Shown: positions 14,643 to 23,048 of the stretch, one piece after another | Numbering within the stretch: the first letter of the stretch is position 1 | Layout of the letters: every line of letters starts with the position of its first letter | Source: Alphaproteobacteria bacterium | Lineage (GTDB): Bacteria; Pseudomonadota; Alphaproteobacteria; JACZXZ01 | DNA length: 24,000 nt | Direction: 5' to 3' | Assembly: GCA_035272805.1 (NCBI GenBank) | Contig: DATEQI010000597.1 | Location: 3,045-27,044, forward strand | Made by a program: the position numbers and the translations under genes | Notes under the pieces: model-generated | What the model saw: only the letters and a program-made list of their open reading frames with translations | What the model was told of the DNA's origin: nothing | Databases searched by the model: none

Positions 14643-17309
14643 CTATTCCGCCGCCACCATCTCGTGGAACGCCGAGCCTGCGCGGTTGAGCTCGGCGACC
14701 GCACCCTCCTCCACCAGCTTTCCGCTGCGCATGACGAGGACGCGGTCGAAATTGCGCGCGAGCTCGGCACGGTTGAGCACGGCGACAAGGCCGCGGCCCT
14801 TGAACTCCGCGCGCAGGTTCTCGAGAACCCTGCTTTGGGAGCTGCTGTCGAGGGCCGCCAGCGCATCATTGAGGATCAGGAGGTCGGGCCGCTTCAACAC
14901 CACGCGCGCGATCGCGAGCTTCTGCCGCTGCGCGCCGGAGAGGCGGCTGCCGGCGCTTCCGATGTTGTAGCCGAGGCCGGCCTCCATCACCGAGCCCCGC
15001 AGCTCAAGCGTCTCGAGCACTTCCTGGATGAGCGCACCTACCCGCTGCGCGCCTTGAGGCTGGCCGTAGGCGACCTTGCCGAAGAGCACGTTGTCCTGCA
15101 GCGTGGCCGCGGCATTGTAGCTCTCGAAATCGAAGAACGCGACCGCCCCCCGCAACTCCGGCGGCAGCCCGTCGCGGAAGACGTCGCGCGCCTCGAGGAT
15201 GCGCTGCTTGAAATTCGCGTCGATCAGATCGAGGCGATGACGGGCCGGAATGAGCTTGAAGGGCAGGTTCAAGAGACGGTTCTTGTCCTCCTCCTTGAGC
15301 TGGTCGAGGCCGCTCGTGCCCACGCGCGTGAGCAAGGCCTGGAACTCGGGAAGCTCGTCGGCGCTGATGAAGGAGTATTGCTCGAAGAGCTCGCTCCCCG
15401 GCGGCAGACCGGCGAAGAGCTCGACCATGGTCGTGGCTGCCTCGCGCCCCATGCCCAGGATGAGCCCCGTGAGGCCGGTCTTGTCGAGGACCTGGCGCAC
15501 GTAAGCGTTCCCGGCGAGGCGCTCCATGTCGAAGGCGTCGCCCACGGGCGTGCCGAAGAGGAGATTCTCGGCGACGCTCGCGTTGTCGTTGTAGCGTTTT
15601 CGGTCGAAGAGCTCGACGAGTTGCGCGAAACTCGGCTCCGCGAGCCGCTCGCGCAAGGCGTGGCGCGCCTCGAGGACGCTCTTGGCGAGGTCGGGCCGCT
15701 TCGCGGGATCGATGACGCTGAGCAGGCCCACGTGATAGACGTCGTCCTCCATCTCGGTGAGTTTGAGGATCTCGAGGGCGCGTTCCCTGAGCTCGGCCTT
15801 CGAGCCGGCTCCTGCCGCGGCATAATCGATCCACTCGGCTGCGACGTCGAGTGGCGGGTTCCCGGTACGCACGGCCTCCGCCATCAACGCTTGGCGCTCG
15901 GGCGAAGACGGGCCTTCCGATAACGGCTTGTGCTTGAGCGCGTAAAAGAGATTGCTGTCTATGGTGCCGGAGAAGAGATAGCTGTGCTGAGCGACGAAGC
16001 CGACGCGCCGTCCACTGATCGCCTCGGGCCAATCGGCGATATTCTCCCCCCCGATCGTGATCTTGCCGCCGCTCGGCGGCAGGAGCCGGGCCAGCATCAG
16101 GCCGAGCTCCTCCTTGCCGCTGGCACCCGTGCCGACGACGGCGATGTGGTTGTCGAGCGCGAAGCGCGCCGAGACGTTGTCGACGATCTTGAGTCGGCCG
16201 TCCTCGCTGAAGCTGACGTTGGCGAGCTGCACTTCGCCCTTGAGCGGCTCGATCCTCTCGGGCTCGACGAGCTGCCCCTGCTCGTCGCTCGTGCCGGGCG
16301 GGGCGAACTGCTGAACCACCTGCTCGTACATGATCCGCGCGTTGTCCTTGCTCTGGTAGAAGGTGAGCAGCTCGCCCCAGGGGCCCGCGAGATCCTTTTG
16401 CGCGCCGATGACCGCGACGAGCGCTCCGATATCGAGCTGTCCCTGCAAGACCAGATAGCCCCCGATCGTGAAGAAGAAGAACGGCGTCACCTTGTCGGCC
16501 GTGTTGTTGATGTATTTGACGAGGAACTTGAGGATGAAAATCCTGAGGCGGGTATAGTATTGCGTATAGAGACGGTCGGAGAAGTCGGCGCGCTCGAAAC
16601 GGGAGGTGTCGTTGGCGTGAATCTCAAGCGCTCCGCCCACCGCCTCGCCGAGGCGTTCGGAGAGCCCGCGTTGCGTGCGGATGCGCCGCTTGTTGTGCTC
16701 GTTGATGCGCTTCTGCATTTTCGGGATGAGATAGCCCTGCCCGGGATAAAGCGCCACCGCCGCCAGCCCGAGCCAGGGGTTCTGCATCAGGATGAAATAG
16801 AGCGGCACCAGCAGCAGCCCGCCTTGAAATATCGGCGTCGCAACGGCATCGCCGACGAATTCGCCCAAGGTCACGGTCTCGGCGATGAGCATCGCGATGA
16901 TCTCGCCCACGGAGATCTTCTTGAAGTGGGGGAGGGGAAAACAGAGGATGCGGCTGTAGAGCTGATAGCGCATGCGGCGCAGCATGCGCTCCCCGAGGCG
17001 GCCCTTGTAGACATTGATGAAGTACTTGAAGCCGCCGTTCACGATGGTCAGCGCCAGGAACACGACGGAGAGCAGCATGAGCCAGTTGACCGCGCCGAAA
17101 TCCATGCCGAAAAGGTGGTTCGCCTTCACGGAGGCGAGCCCGCCCCCGCGGTAGGCCTGGTTCGCCGAGTCCTTGATGTGATTGATGATCAGCTTGGGCA
17201 GGTCATAGGAGTAGTAGAGAAACGGGAACGAGACTCCCGTGACCATGAGCAAGACGATTTGCTCCTTAAAGCTATACTTTAGGATAAACCGGTAAATATT
17301 TTTTTCCAC
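14643..17309 (-). CDS. ABC exporter-like fused permease/NBD protein with degenerate NBD motifs and a large NBD insertion (888 aa from GTG 17309; 906 aa if GTG 17363)
   Basis: The N-terminal ~340 aa has a type-I exporter TMD pattern. The NBD carries GTGASGKE (Walker A), VAQ (Q-loop), LSGAQRQKLAIAR (signature), LLILNDALAALD (Walker B/D-loop) and VAVLNRA (H-loop position). I prefer the start VEKNIYRFILKYS at GTG 17309, which has GGGGA 9 nt upstream and matches the usual N-termini of this transporter class. Confidence 0.85.
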   Translation of the reverse strand: MEKNIYRFILKYSFKEQIVLLMVTGVSFPFLYYSYDLPKLIINHIKDSANQAYRGGGLASVKANHLFGMDFGAVNWLMLLSVVFLALTIVNGGFKYFINVYKGRLGERMLRRMRYQLYSRILCFPLPHFKKISVGEIIAMLIAETVTLGEFVGDAVATPIFQGGLLLVPLYFILMQNPWLGLAAVALYPGQGYLIPKMQKRINEHNKRRIRTQRGLSERLGEAVGGALEIHANDTSRFERADFSDRLYTQYYTRLRIFILKFLVKYINNTADKVTPFFFFTIGGYLVLQGQLDIGALVAVIGAQKDLAGPWGELLTFYQSKDNARIMYEQVVQQFAPPGTSDEQGQLVEPERIEPLKGEVQLANVSFSEDGRLKIVDNVSARFALDNHIAVVGTGASGKEELGLMLARLLPPSGGKITIGGENIADWPEAISGRRVGFVAQHSYLFSGTIDSNLFYALKHKPLSEGPSSPERQALMAEAVRTGNPPLDVAAEWIDYAAAGAGSKAELRERALEILKLTEMEDDVYHVGLLSVIDPAKRPDLAKSVLEARHALRERLAEPSFAQLVELFDRKRYNDNASVAENLLFGTPVGDAFDMERLAGNAYVRQVLDKTGLTGLILGMGREAATTMVELFAGLPPGSELFEQYSFISADELPEFQALLTRVGTSGLDQLKEEDKNRLLNLPFKLIPARHRLDLIDANFKQRILEARDVFRDGLPPELRGAVAFFDFESYNAAATLQDNVLFGKVAYGQPQGAQRVGALIQEVLETLELRGSVMEAGLGYNIGSAGSRLSGAQRQKLAIARVVLKRPDLLILNDALAALDSSSQSRVLENLRAEFKGRGLVAVLNRAELARNFDRVLVMRSGKLVEEGAVAELNRAGSAFHEMVAAE

Positions 17310-17563
17310 AGTCTTTTTCCCCTGTCCCCAGCCGCCTCGAAGGGGTGCGCGGCGGCCCAGCACCTTAGCCTAGTGCGAGCGGGCCGTAAATGCCGCCCCG
17401 GGCGGTCGGTGCCGAATGGGAGGCATGCGGCCCGTTTCGCAGCACCTGCGGCGAATGACGGCAGGATCGGCCGGCGGGGCCACCTGCTGGCGCGGCGCCA
17501 CAAGAAGCGCGCTCGCCGCAACAGGAACGCAGATTGGCGTCACCCCTTCGTCACAAGACTCGC

Positions 17564-17593
17564 TTTGACGCCGATGGGCGCGATAGGCTATGG
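17564..17593 (+). promoter_or_regulatory. sigma-70-type promoter candidate for the glycosyltransferase operon
   Basis: -35 is TTTGAC (17564-17569), followed by an 18-nt spacer and -10 CTATGG (17588-17593), ~30 nt upstream of ATG 17624. The -35 overlaps the right arm of the inverted repeat GGCGTCA (17536-17542) / TGACGCC (17566-17572). Confidence 0.25.
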
Positions 17594-17623
17594 GGTAGCC
17601 GAATCTCGAGGGGGCCGGTCGCA

Positions 17624-18844
17624 ATGTCGAGCCGCAAAGGCACGCGCGTTCTGATCTACAGCCACGACACCTTCGGCCTCGGACATTTGAGGCGCTGTCG
17701 GGCCATCGCGCATTCCCTTGTCGAGCACCACAAGGACATGTCGGTGCTGATCCTCTCGGGCTCGCCGATCATCGGCAGCTTCGATTTTCGCGCGCGCGTC
17801 GATTTCGTGCGCGTGCCCGGGGTCATCAAGCTCCACAACGGCGAATACACCTCCTTGAATCTCCATATCGACATCGGCGAGATGCTTGCCATGCGCTCGT
17901 CGATCATCCGCCACACGGCCGACACCTTCGATCCGGATCTCTTTCTCGTGGACAAGGAGCCGCTCGGCCTGCGCGGCGAGATCGAGGACACGCTGTCCCT
18001 CTTGAAGGCCCGCGGCGTGCCGATCGTCCTCGGCCTGCGCGACGTGATGGACGAGCCCGCGCTGCTCGCGCCCGAATGGGAGCGCAAGAAGGTGCTGCCG
18101 GCGCTCGCCGACTTCTATGACGAGATCTGGATCTACGGCTTGCCGCAGGTGTGCGATCCGCTCGAGGGGATCGAGATTCCCGACTCCGTTCGGCGTCGCA
18201 CGGTCTACACCGGCTATCTCGAGCGCAAGGTGCCGACGCATCTCACCCACATGCCGGCACGGCCGCGCCTGGAAGTGCCGTATCTGCTCGTGACGCCGGG
18301 AGGCGGGGGGGATGGCGACGCGCTCATCGACTGGGTGCTGCGCGCCTACGAGCAGTATCCCACGATGCCCCACCCGGCGCTCATGGTGCTCGGTCCTTTC
18401 ATGCAGCCGGAGCGCCAAGGCGAATTCATGGTGCGCGCGAGCCAGCTCAAGAACGTCGAGATGATGACCTTCGATGCGCGTATGGAGACGCTTGTCGATG
18501 GCGCGTTGGGGGTCGTCGCCATGGGGGGATACAACACCTTCTGCGAGATCCTCTCCTTCGACAAGCCGGCACTCATCGTGCCCCGCACCGCACCCCGGCT
18601 CGAGCAATACATCCGCGCCTCGCGCGCCCAGGAGCTCGGCCTGGTCTCGCTCCTGGTCGACCAGTACGCGCGCGATCCCCACATGATGGCGACCGCACTG
18701 CGCCAGCTGCCGCAGCAGAAGCGGCCCTCGGACGTGGTCGTGCCGGGGCTGCTCGACGGTCTCAGCAACGTGAACCGCCTGGTCGAGCGGCATCTCAGGC
18801 CGCGCCATGTCCATCCGGTGCCGGTCGCCACGGGTCACCCGTAG
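17624..18844 (+). CDS. GT-B fold glycosyltransferase, MurG/GT28-C-like 'predicted glycosyl transferase' (COG4671-type), 406 aa
   Basis: ORF 17534..18844, with the start at ATG 17624. The N-terminus reads RVLIYSHDTFGLGHLRRCRAIA. The C-terminal nucleotide-sugar motif reads VVAMGGYNTFCEILSFDKPALIVPR. Confidence 0.75.
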   Translation: MSSRKGTRVLIYSHDTFGLGHLRRCRAIAHSLVEHHKDMSVLILSGSPIIGSFDFRARVDFVRVPGVIKLHNGEYTSLNLHIDIGEMLAMRSSIIRHTADTFDPDLFLVDKEPLGLRGEIEDTLSLLKARGVPIVLGLRDVMDEPALLAPEWERKKVLPALADFYDEIWIYGLPQVCDPLEGIEIPDSVRRRTVYTGYLERKVPTHLTHMPARPRLEVPYLLVTPGGGGDGDALIDWVLRAYEQYPTMPHPALMVLGPFMQPERQGEFMVRASQLKNVEMMTFDARMETLVDGALGVVAMGGYNTFCEILSFDKPALIVPRTAPRLEQYIRASRAQELGLVSLLVDQYARDPHMMATALRQLPQQKRPSDVVVPGLLDGLSNVNRLVERHLRPRHVHPVPVATGHP

Positions 18845-18848
18845 AGCC

Positions 18849-20183
18849 GTGGTGCCCACCGTCGCAGTCATCCTCAAGGGCTATCCGCGCCTTTCCGAGA
18901 CCTTCATCGCGCAGGAGCTCAGGGAGCTCGAGCGCCGCGGGCTCTCGCTCCACATCGTCTCGCTGCGCCATCCGACCGACGCGGTCCTCCATCCCATCCA
19001 TCGCGAGATCGCGGCCCCGGTGCTCTACGTGCCCGAGTATCTGCACGACGAGCCGCAGCGCGTGCTGAGCGCGTGGCGGGCGCTCAGGGGATCGAGGGGC
19101 TACCGGCGCGCCCGCGCGGCCTGGCTCGCCGATCTCGCCCGCGATCCCACGCCCAACCGCGTGCGCCGCTTCGGCCAGGCGCTCGTGCTTGCGCACGAGC
19201 TGCCGCCTCGGGTCGAGCGGCTTCACGCTCACTTCCTCCACACGCCTGCCTCGGTCGCGCGCTACACGAGCCTCATGACCGGCCTCAAGTGGAGCTGCTC
19301 TGCGCACGCCAAGGACATCTGGACGATACCCGCGTGGGAGAAGCGCGAGAAGCTCGCGAGCCTCGATTGGCTCGTCACCTGCACGCGCGCCGGCGCCGAG
19401 CATCTCAAGGCGCTCAGCAGCGAGCCGCGCAAGATCGAGCTCGTCTATCACGGACTCGATCCGGCGCGCTTCCCGCCGCGCGAGGCGGCACCGTCGCCGC
19501 GCGATGGACGCGATCCCTCAGCACCGGTCGTGATCCTCTCGGTCGGCCGGCTCGTCGCCAAGAAAGGCTACGGCGATTTGCTCGCTGCCTTGGCACGGCT
19601 TCCCAAGGCGCTCCACTGGCGCTTTATCCATGTGGGGGGCGGACCGCTCGCGCAGTCGCTCGCGCGCGGGGCCGCGAGATGCGGGATCGCCGCGCGCGTC
19701 GCCTGGCTCGGGCCGCTCTCCCAGGAGGCCGTGCTGGCGCAATATCGCAGCGCCGATCTCTTCGCGCTCGCCTGCCGCGTGGCGCCCGACGGCGATCGGG
19801 ACGGCCTGCCCAACGTGCTTCTCGAGGCGCAGAGCCAGGGACTCGCCTGTCTTTCGACCACGGCGGGCGGCGTTCCCGAGCTGATCGAAGCGGGGCGGTC
19901 CGGCCTGCTCGCCCAACCGGGCGACGTGCCGGCACTCGCAGCACACTTGGCACGGCTTATTCAGGAGCCCGCGTTGCGCGCGCAGCTCGCTCGCGCAGGT
20001 GCGGCGCGGGTGCGCCAGAGTTTCAGCTTCCAGCCTGGCATCGCGCGGCTTGCCGAGAAGTTCGGCCTTTCCGCGGGCGGGGAGGCGGATGGCAAGCTGC
20101 CCGCCGCTGCCGCCGAGACGAGCACGGAAGCTGCCGCCAGCGGGCCGCTACCGTCATGCGCATCGCGTTCTATGCGCCGCTGA
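18849..20183 (+). CDS. GT4-family glycosyltransferase (WcaL-like N-terminus), ~444 aa
   Basis: ORF 18807..20183. I prefer GTG 18849, 4 nt after the upstream stop, because homologs of this type begin a few residues before the VAVILKGYPRLSETFI block. ATG 18807 would give a 38-nt overlap. The GT4 E-x7-E region is DGLPNVLLEAQSQGLACLSTTAGGVPELI. Confidence 0.75.
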   Translation: MVPTVAVILKGYPRLSETFIAQELRELERRGLSLHIVSLRHPTDAVLHPIHREIAAPVLYVPEYLHDEPQRVLSAWRALRGSRGYRRARAAWLADLARDPTPNRVRRFGQALVLAHELPPRVERLHAHFLHTPASVARYTSLMTGLKWSCSAHAKDIWTIPAWEKREKLASLDWLVTCTRAGAEHLKALSSEPRKIELVYHGLDPARFPPREAAPSPRDGRDPSAPVVILSVGRLVAKKGYGDLLAALARLPKALHWRFIHVGGGPLAQSLARGAARCGIAARVAWLGPLSQEAVLAQYRSADLFALACRVAPDGDRDGLPNVLLEAQSQGLACLSTTAGGVPELIEAGRSGLLAQPGDVPALAAHLARLIQEPALRAQLARAGAARVRQSFSFQPGIARLAEKFGLSAGGEADGKLPAAAAETSTEAAASGPLPSCASRSMRR

Positions 20184-21295
20184 AGCCGCCGGACCATCCG
20201 GTGCCCTCGGGAGACCGGCGCGTCGGCCGTGCGCTCATCGCAGCCCTCGGCCTCGCCGGACACGAGGTGAGGCTTGCCTCGCGCCTGCGCAGTTGGGACG
20301 GTGCGGGAGATGCGGCCCGGCAGCGCCGTATCGAGCGCCTGGGCGGGCGGCTCGCCTCCCGCCTCATTCGCCGATACGGCAGCGAGCCTCGGCTGCGGCC
20401 GGAACTCTGGCTCACCTACCATCTCTATCACAAGGCGCCGGACTGGCTTGGGCCCGCGGTTGCGAGCGAGCTCGCGATACCCTATGTCGTCGTCGAGGCG
20501 TCATCGGCGCGCAAGCAGGCGAGCGGCTGCTGGGCAATGGGGCATGCCGCGAGTGCCGCCGCGATCGCGCGCGCGGACGCCCTCATCAATCTCAACGGCG
20601 ACGATCGCGAGGGTTTGCTTCAGCTGGTCGGCGAGCCCGCGCGCATCAGCCACTTGGCCCCGTTCATCGAGACGGCGGCCTATGCCCGGGCCAAACCCGC
20701 GCGCACAAGGCTCGCCGAGCGCTATGGGCTCGACTCAGCACGGCCTTGGCTCCTCGCGGTTGCGATGATGCGGGAGGGGGCGAAGCTCGCCTCCTATCGC
20801 GTGCTGGCCGAGGCGCTGCGCCTCATCGACGGCCTCGACTGGCAGCTCGTCATCGTCGGCGACGGCCCGGCGCGCGGCGAGGTCGAGGCGCTGCTGGCCC
20901 CCCTCGGCGAGGGCCGCGCGCGCTTGCTTGGCGCGCTCGCGGCGGAGGCGCTGCCCCCGCTCTATGCCAGCGCCGATCTTTATCTCTGGCCCGCCATCCA
21001 CGAGGCCTTCGGCATGGCGTTCCTCGAGGCCCAGGCCGCCGGGCTGCCGGTGGTCGCGGGGCGCGAGCGCGGCGTGCCGGAGGTCGTGCGCGAGGGCGAG
21101 GCGGGCCTGCTTGTGCCACCGAGCGACGCCCGCGCCTTCGCCGCCGCGGTCGCAACGCTCCTTGCCGATCCCGGCCGCCGCCGTGCCATGGGTGCCCGCG
21201 CCCGCGCGATTGCCTCTGCCGAGGCCGACATCGGCGCCGCAGCGAGGCGGCTGGATGCGATCCTGCGGCAGGTCCTCGCGGAGCGGCGGGCATGA
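20156..21295 (+). CDS. GT4-family glycosyltransferase (379 aa)
   Basis: This is the in-frame ATG 20156 of ORF 19073..21295. Everything upstream of it in that ORF is a shadow of the preceding gene. It begins MRIAFYAPLKPPDHPVPSGDRR and has the GT4 motif HEAFGMAFLEAQAAGLPVVAGRERGVPEVV. It overlaps the upstream gene by 28 nt. Confidence 0.8.
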   Translation: MRIAFYAPLKPPDHPVPSGDRRVGRALIAALGLAGHEVRLASRLRSWDGAGDAARQRRIERLGGRLASRLIRRYGSEPRLRPELWLTYHLYHKAPDWLGPAVASELAIPYVVVEASSARKQASGCWAMGHAASAAAIARADALINLNGDDREGLLQLVGEPARISHLAPFIETAAYARAKPARTRLAERYGLDSARPWLLAVAMMREGAKLASYRVLAEALRLIDGLDWQLVIVGDGPARGEVEALLAPLGEGRARLLGALAAEALPPLYASADLYLWPAIHEAFGMAFLEAQAAGLPVVAGRERGVPEVVREGEAGLLVPPSDARAFAAAVATLLADPGRRRAMGARARAIASAEADIGAAARRLDAILRQVLAERRA

Positions 21296-21882
21296 CGCAG
21301 CTGGCGCTCATCCGCCATGCCGCGAGCGCGTGGAGCGAGCGCGGGCTCATCCAGGGCCGCGCCGACCCCTCGCTCAGCCCCGGCGGTGCCGCCGCTGCCG
21401 CGGCCTGGCGCGTGCCGGCCGCACTCGCCGCCTTCGACTGGGTGGCGAGCCCGCTTGCGCGCGCCTCTGAGACCGCCCGTCTTCTCCTCGGCCGCGAGGT
21501 GGCCGTCGAGCCCTCGCTCATCGAAATGGCATGGGGCGATTGGGAGGGCGAGCATCTTGCCGAGCTTCGCGCCAAGCTGGGCGCCGCGATCGCCGAGAAC
21601 GAAGGGCGCGGGCTCGACTTCCGTCCGCCGGGCGGGGAGAGCCCGCGCGATGTCCAGCGCCGTCTCGAGCCGTGGCTCGCGCGCGTGGCGCTCAGGGCCC
21701 GGCCCACGGCGGCCGTGACGCATAAGGGCGTCATCCGCGCCGTCGTCGGTTTGGCGACCGGGTGGGACTTTCTCGGCAAGCCGCCGCTGCGGCTCGCCCC
21801 CGCCACAGCCCAGCTCTTCGAGCTTGACGAAGGCGGGCGGCCGCGCCTTCTCTCAGCCAACATCCCGCTCGCCGCACCGTGA
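21292..21882 (+). CDS. histidine phosphatase superfamily (phosphoglycerate-mutase-like) protein (196 aa)
   Basis: MTQLALIRHAASAWSERGLIQGRAD carries an RH[GA] catalytic motif. Further blocks are WGDWEG...GESP...VTHKGVIRA (second His). Its ATG overlaps the upstream TGA (ATGA). Confidence 0.8.
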   Translation: MTQLALIRHAASAWSERGLIQGRADPSLSPGGAAAAAAWRVPAALAAFDWVASPLARASETARLLLGREVAVEPSLIEMAWGDWEGEHLAELRAKLGAAIAENEGRGLDFRPPGGESPRDVQRRLEPWLARVALRARPTAAVTHKGVIRAVVGLATGWDFLGKPPLRLAPATAQLFELDEGGRPRLLSANIPLAAP

Positions 21883-23048
21883 GCCGCCTCCTCCTCTACG
21901 TCCAGAGCCTCCTCGGCGTCGGCCATCTGGCGCGCGCCGCCCTCCTTGCGCGCGCCTTCGCCGCGGCCGGCTGGGAGGTCGACCTCGTCTCCGGAGGCAT
22001 GCCCGTTGGAGAAGTGAGCGCGGGTGCGGCCCGCCTCGTTCAGCTGCCCCCCGCGCGCAGCCGAGACGAGGCCTTCAGCGGGCTCGTGGACGAGGCGGGC
22101 AAGGCGGTCGACGCGGCTTGGCGCCAGGCGCGCCGCGAGCGTCTCCTAGCACTCTTCGCCGAGCGCCGGCCGGACGTCCTGATCCTCGAGATGTTTCCCT
22201 TCGGCCGCCGGCAGATGCGCTTCGAGCTCCTCCCGCTCCTCGCTGCGGCGAGGGCCGCGGCGCGCCCTCCGCTCGTCGTCTCCTCCGCGCGCGACGTCGT
22301 GCAAGGCCGGCGCAAGCCGGGCCGGGCGGAGGAGGCGTTGGCCCTCCTCGAGGAGGCTTTCGACCTCGTCCTTGTGCACGGCGATCGGCACCTCGTGCGC
22401 TTCGAGGAGAGCTTTCCGCTCGCAGCCGAGCTCGGTGCCCGGCTGCGCTACACCGGCTATATCGCCCCGCCTCAAGTACCCCGGGGCCGCGCCGGTGAGG
22501 TGGGCTGGGACGAAGTGGTGGTCTCGGCCGGGGGTGGGGCTGTTGGCGCAGCACTGCTTGAAACGGCATTGGCCGCGCGGCCGCTCAGCAAGCTCAAGGC
22601 TCGCCGCTGGCGCCTTCTTGCCGGCCGCAACCTGCCTCAAGGTGCGTTTGCCGCCCTTGCCGCCCAGGCGCCGCCCGATGTTGTCGTCGAGCGCGCGCGC
22701 CCGGATTTTCAAGGGCTCTTGGCCAATTGCCGCGTGTCGATTTCCCAGGCCGGCTATAATACGGTGATGGACATTGCGAGTGCTGACGCGCGGGCCGTGC
22801 TCGTGCCCTTCGTCGGGCTCGGCGAGACGGAGCAGACGCTCCGTGCCGAGAAGCTCGCGGCGCGCGGGCTCGTGCAAGTCGTCCCCGAGCGCCAACTGAC
22901 GGCGGCACGTCTCGCTGCCGCGGTCGATGCGGCCGAGGTGATGCCGGCCCCCCGCTTCGCCGCTTTCGACATGTCGGGTGCTGCGACCAGCGTGCGCATC
23001 GTGAGCGAGGTATTGTCCCGCCGCCCGGCCGCGGGGGTGCGCGCATGA
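21879..23048 (+). CDS. second MurG/COG4671-like GT-B glycosyltransferase (389 aa), paralog of 17624..18844
   Basis: LLYVQSLLGVGHLARAALLA parallels LIYSHDTFGLGHLRRCRAIA in the first copy. The C-terminal VSISQAGYNTVMDIASADARAVLVPF parallels the GGYNT block. Its GTG start overlaps the upstream TGA (GTGA). Confidence 0.7.
   Translation: MSRLLLYVQSLLGVGHLARAALLARAFAAAGWEVDLVSGGMPVGEVSAGAARLVQLPPARSRDEAFSGLVDEAGKAVDAAWRQARRERLLALFAERRPDVLILEMFPFGRRQMRFELLPLLAAARAAARPPLVVSSARDVVQGRRKPGRAEEALALLEEAFDLVLVHGDRHLVRFEESFPLAAELGARLRYTGYIAPPQVPRGRAGEVGWDEVVVSAGGGAVGAALLETALAARPLSKLKARRWRLLAGRNLPQGAFAALAAQAPPDVVVERARPDFQGLLANCRVSISQAGYNTVMDIASADARAVLVPFVGLGETEQTLRAEKLAARGLVQVVPERQLTAARLAAAVDAAEVMPAPRFAAFDMSGAATSVRIVSEVLSRRPAAGVRA

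Noticed and set aside
14169-17282. + strand ORFs 14169..15923 (584 aa) and 15930..17282 (450 aa)
   Set aside because: These are antisense shadows of the cNMP-binding and ABC genes. Their Glu/Arg/Leu/Asp-rich translations carry no motifs, whereas the - strand products have clear TMD, NBD and CNB signatures.
19073-21882. Reading 19073..21295 (740 aa) and 19999..21882 (627 aa) as single long proteins
   Set aside because: Their N-terminal two-thirds are Arg/Ala-rich out-of-frame shadows of the preceding GT genes. Recognisable protein sequence begins only at ATG 20156 (GT4) and ATG 21292 (histidine phosphatase).
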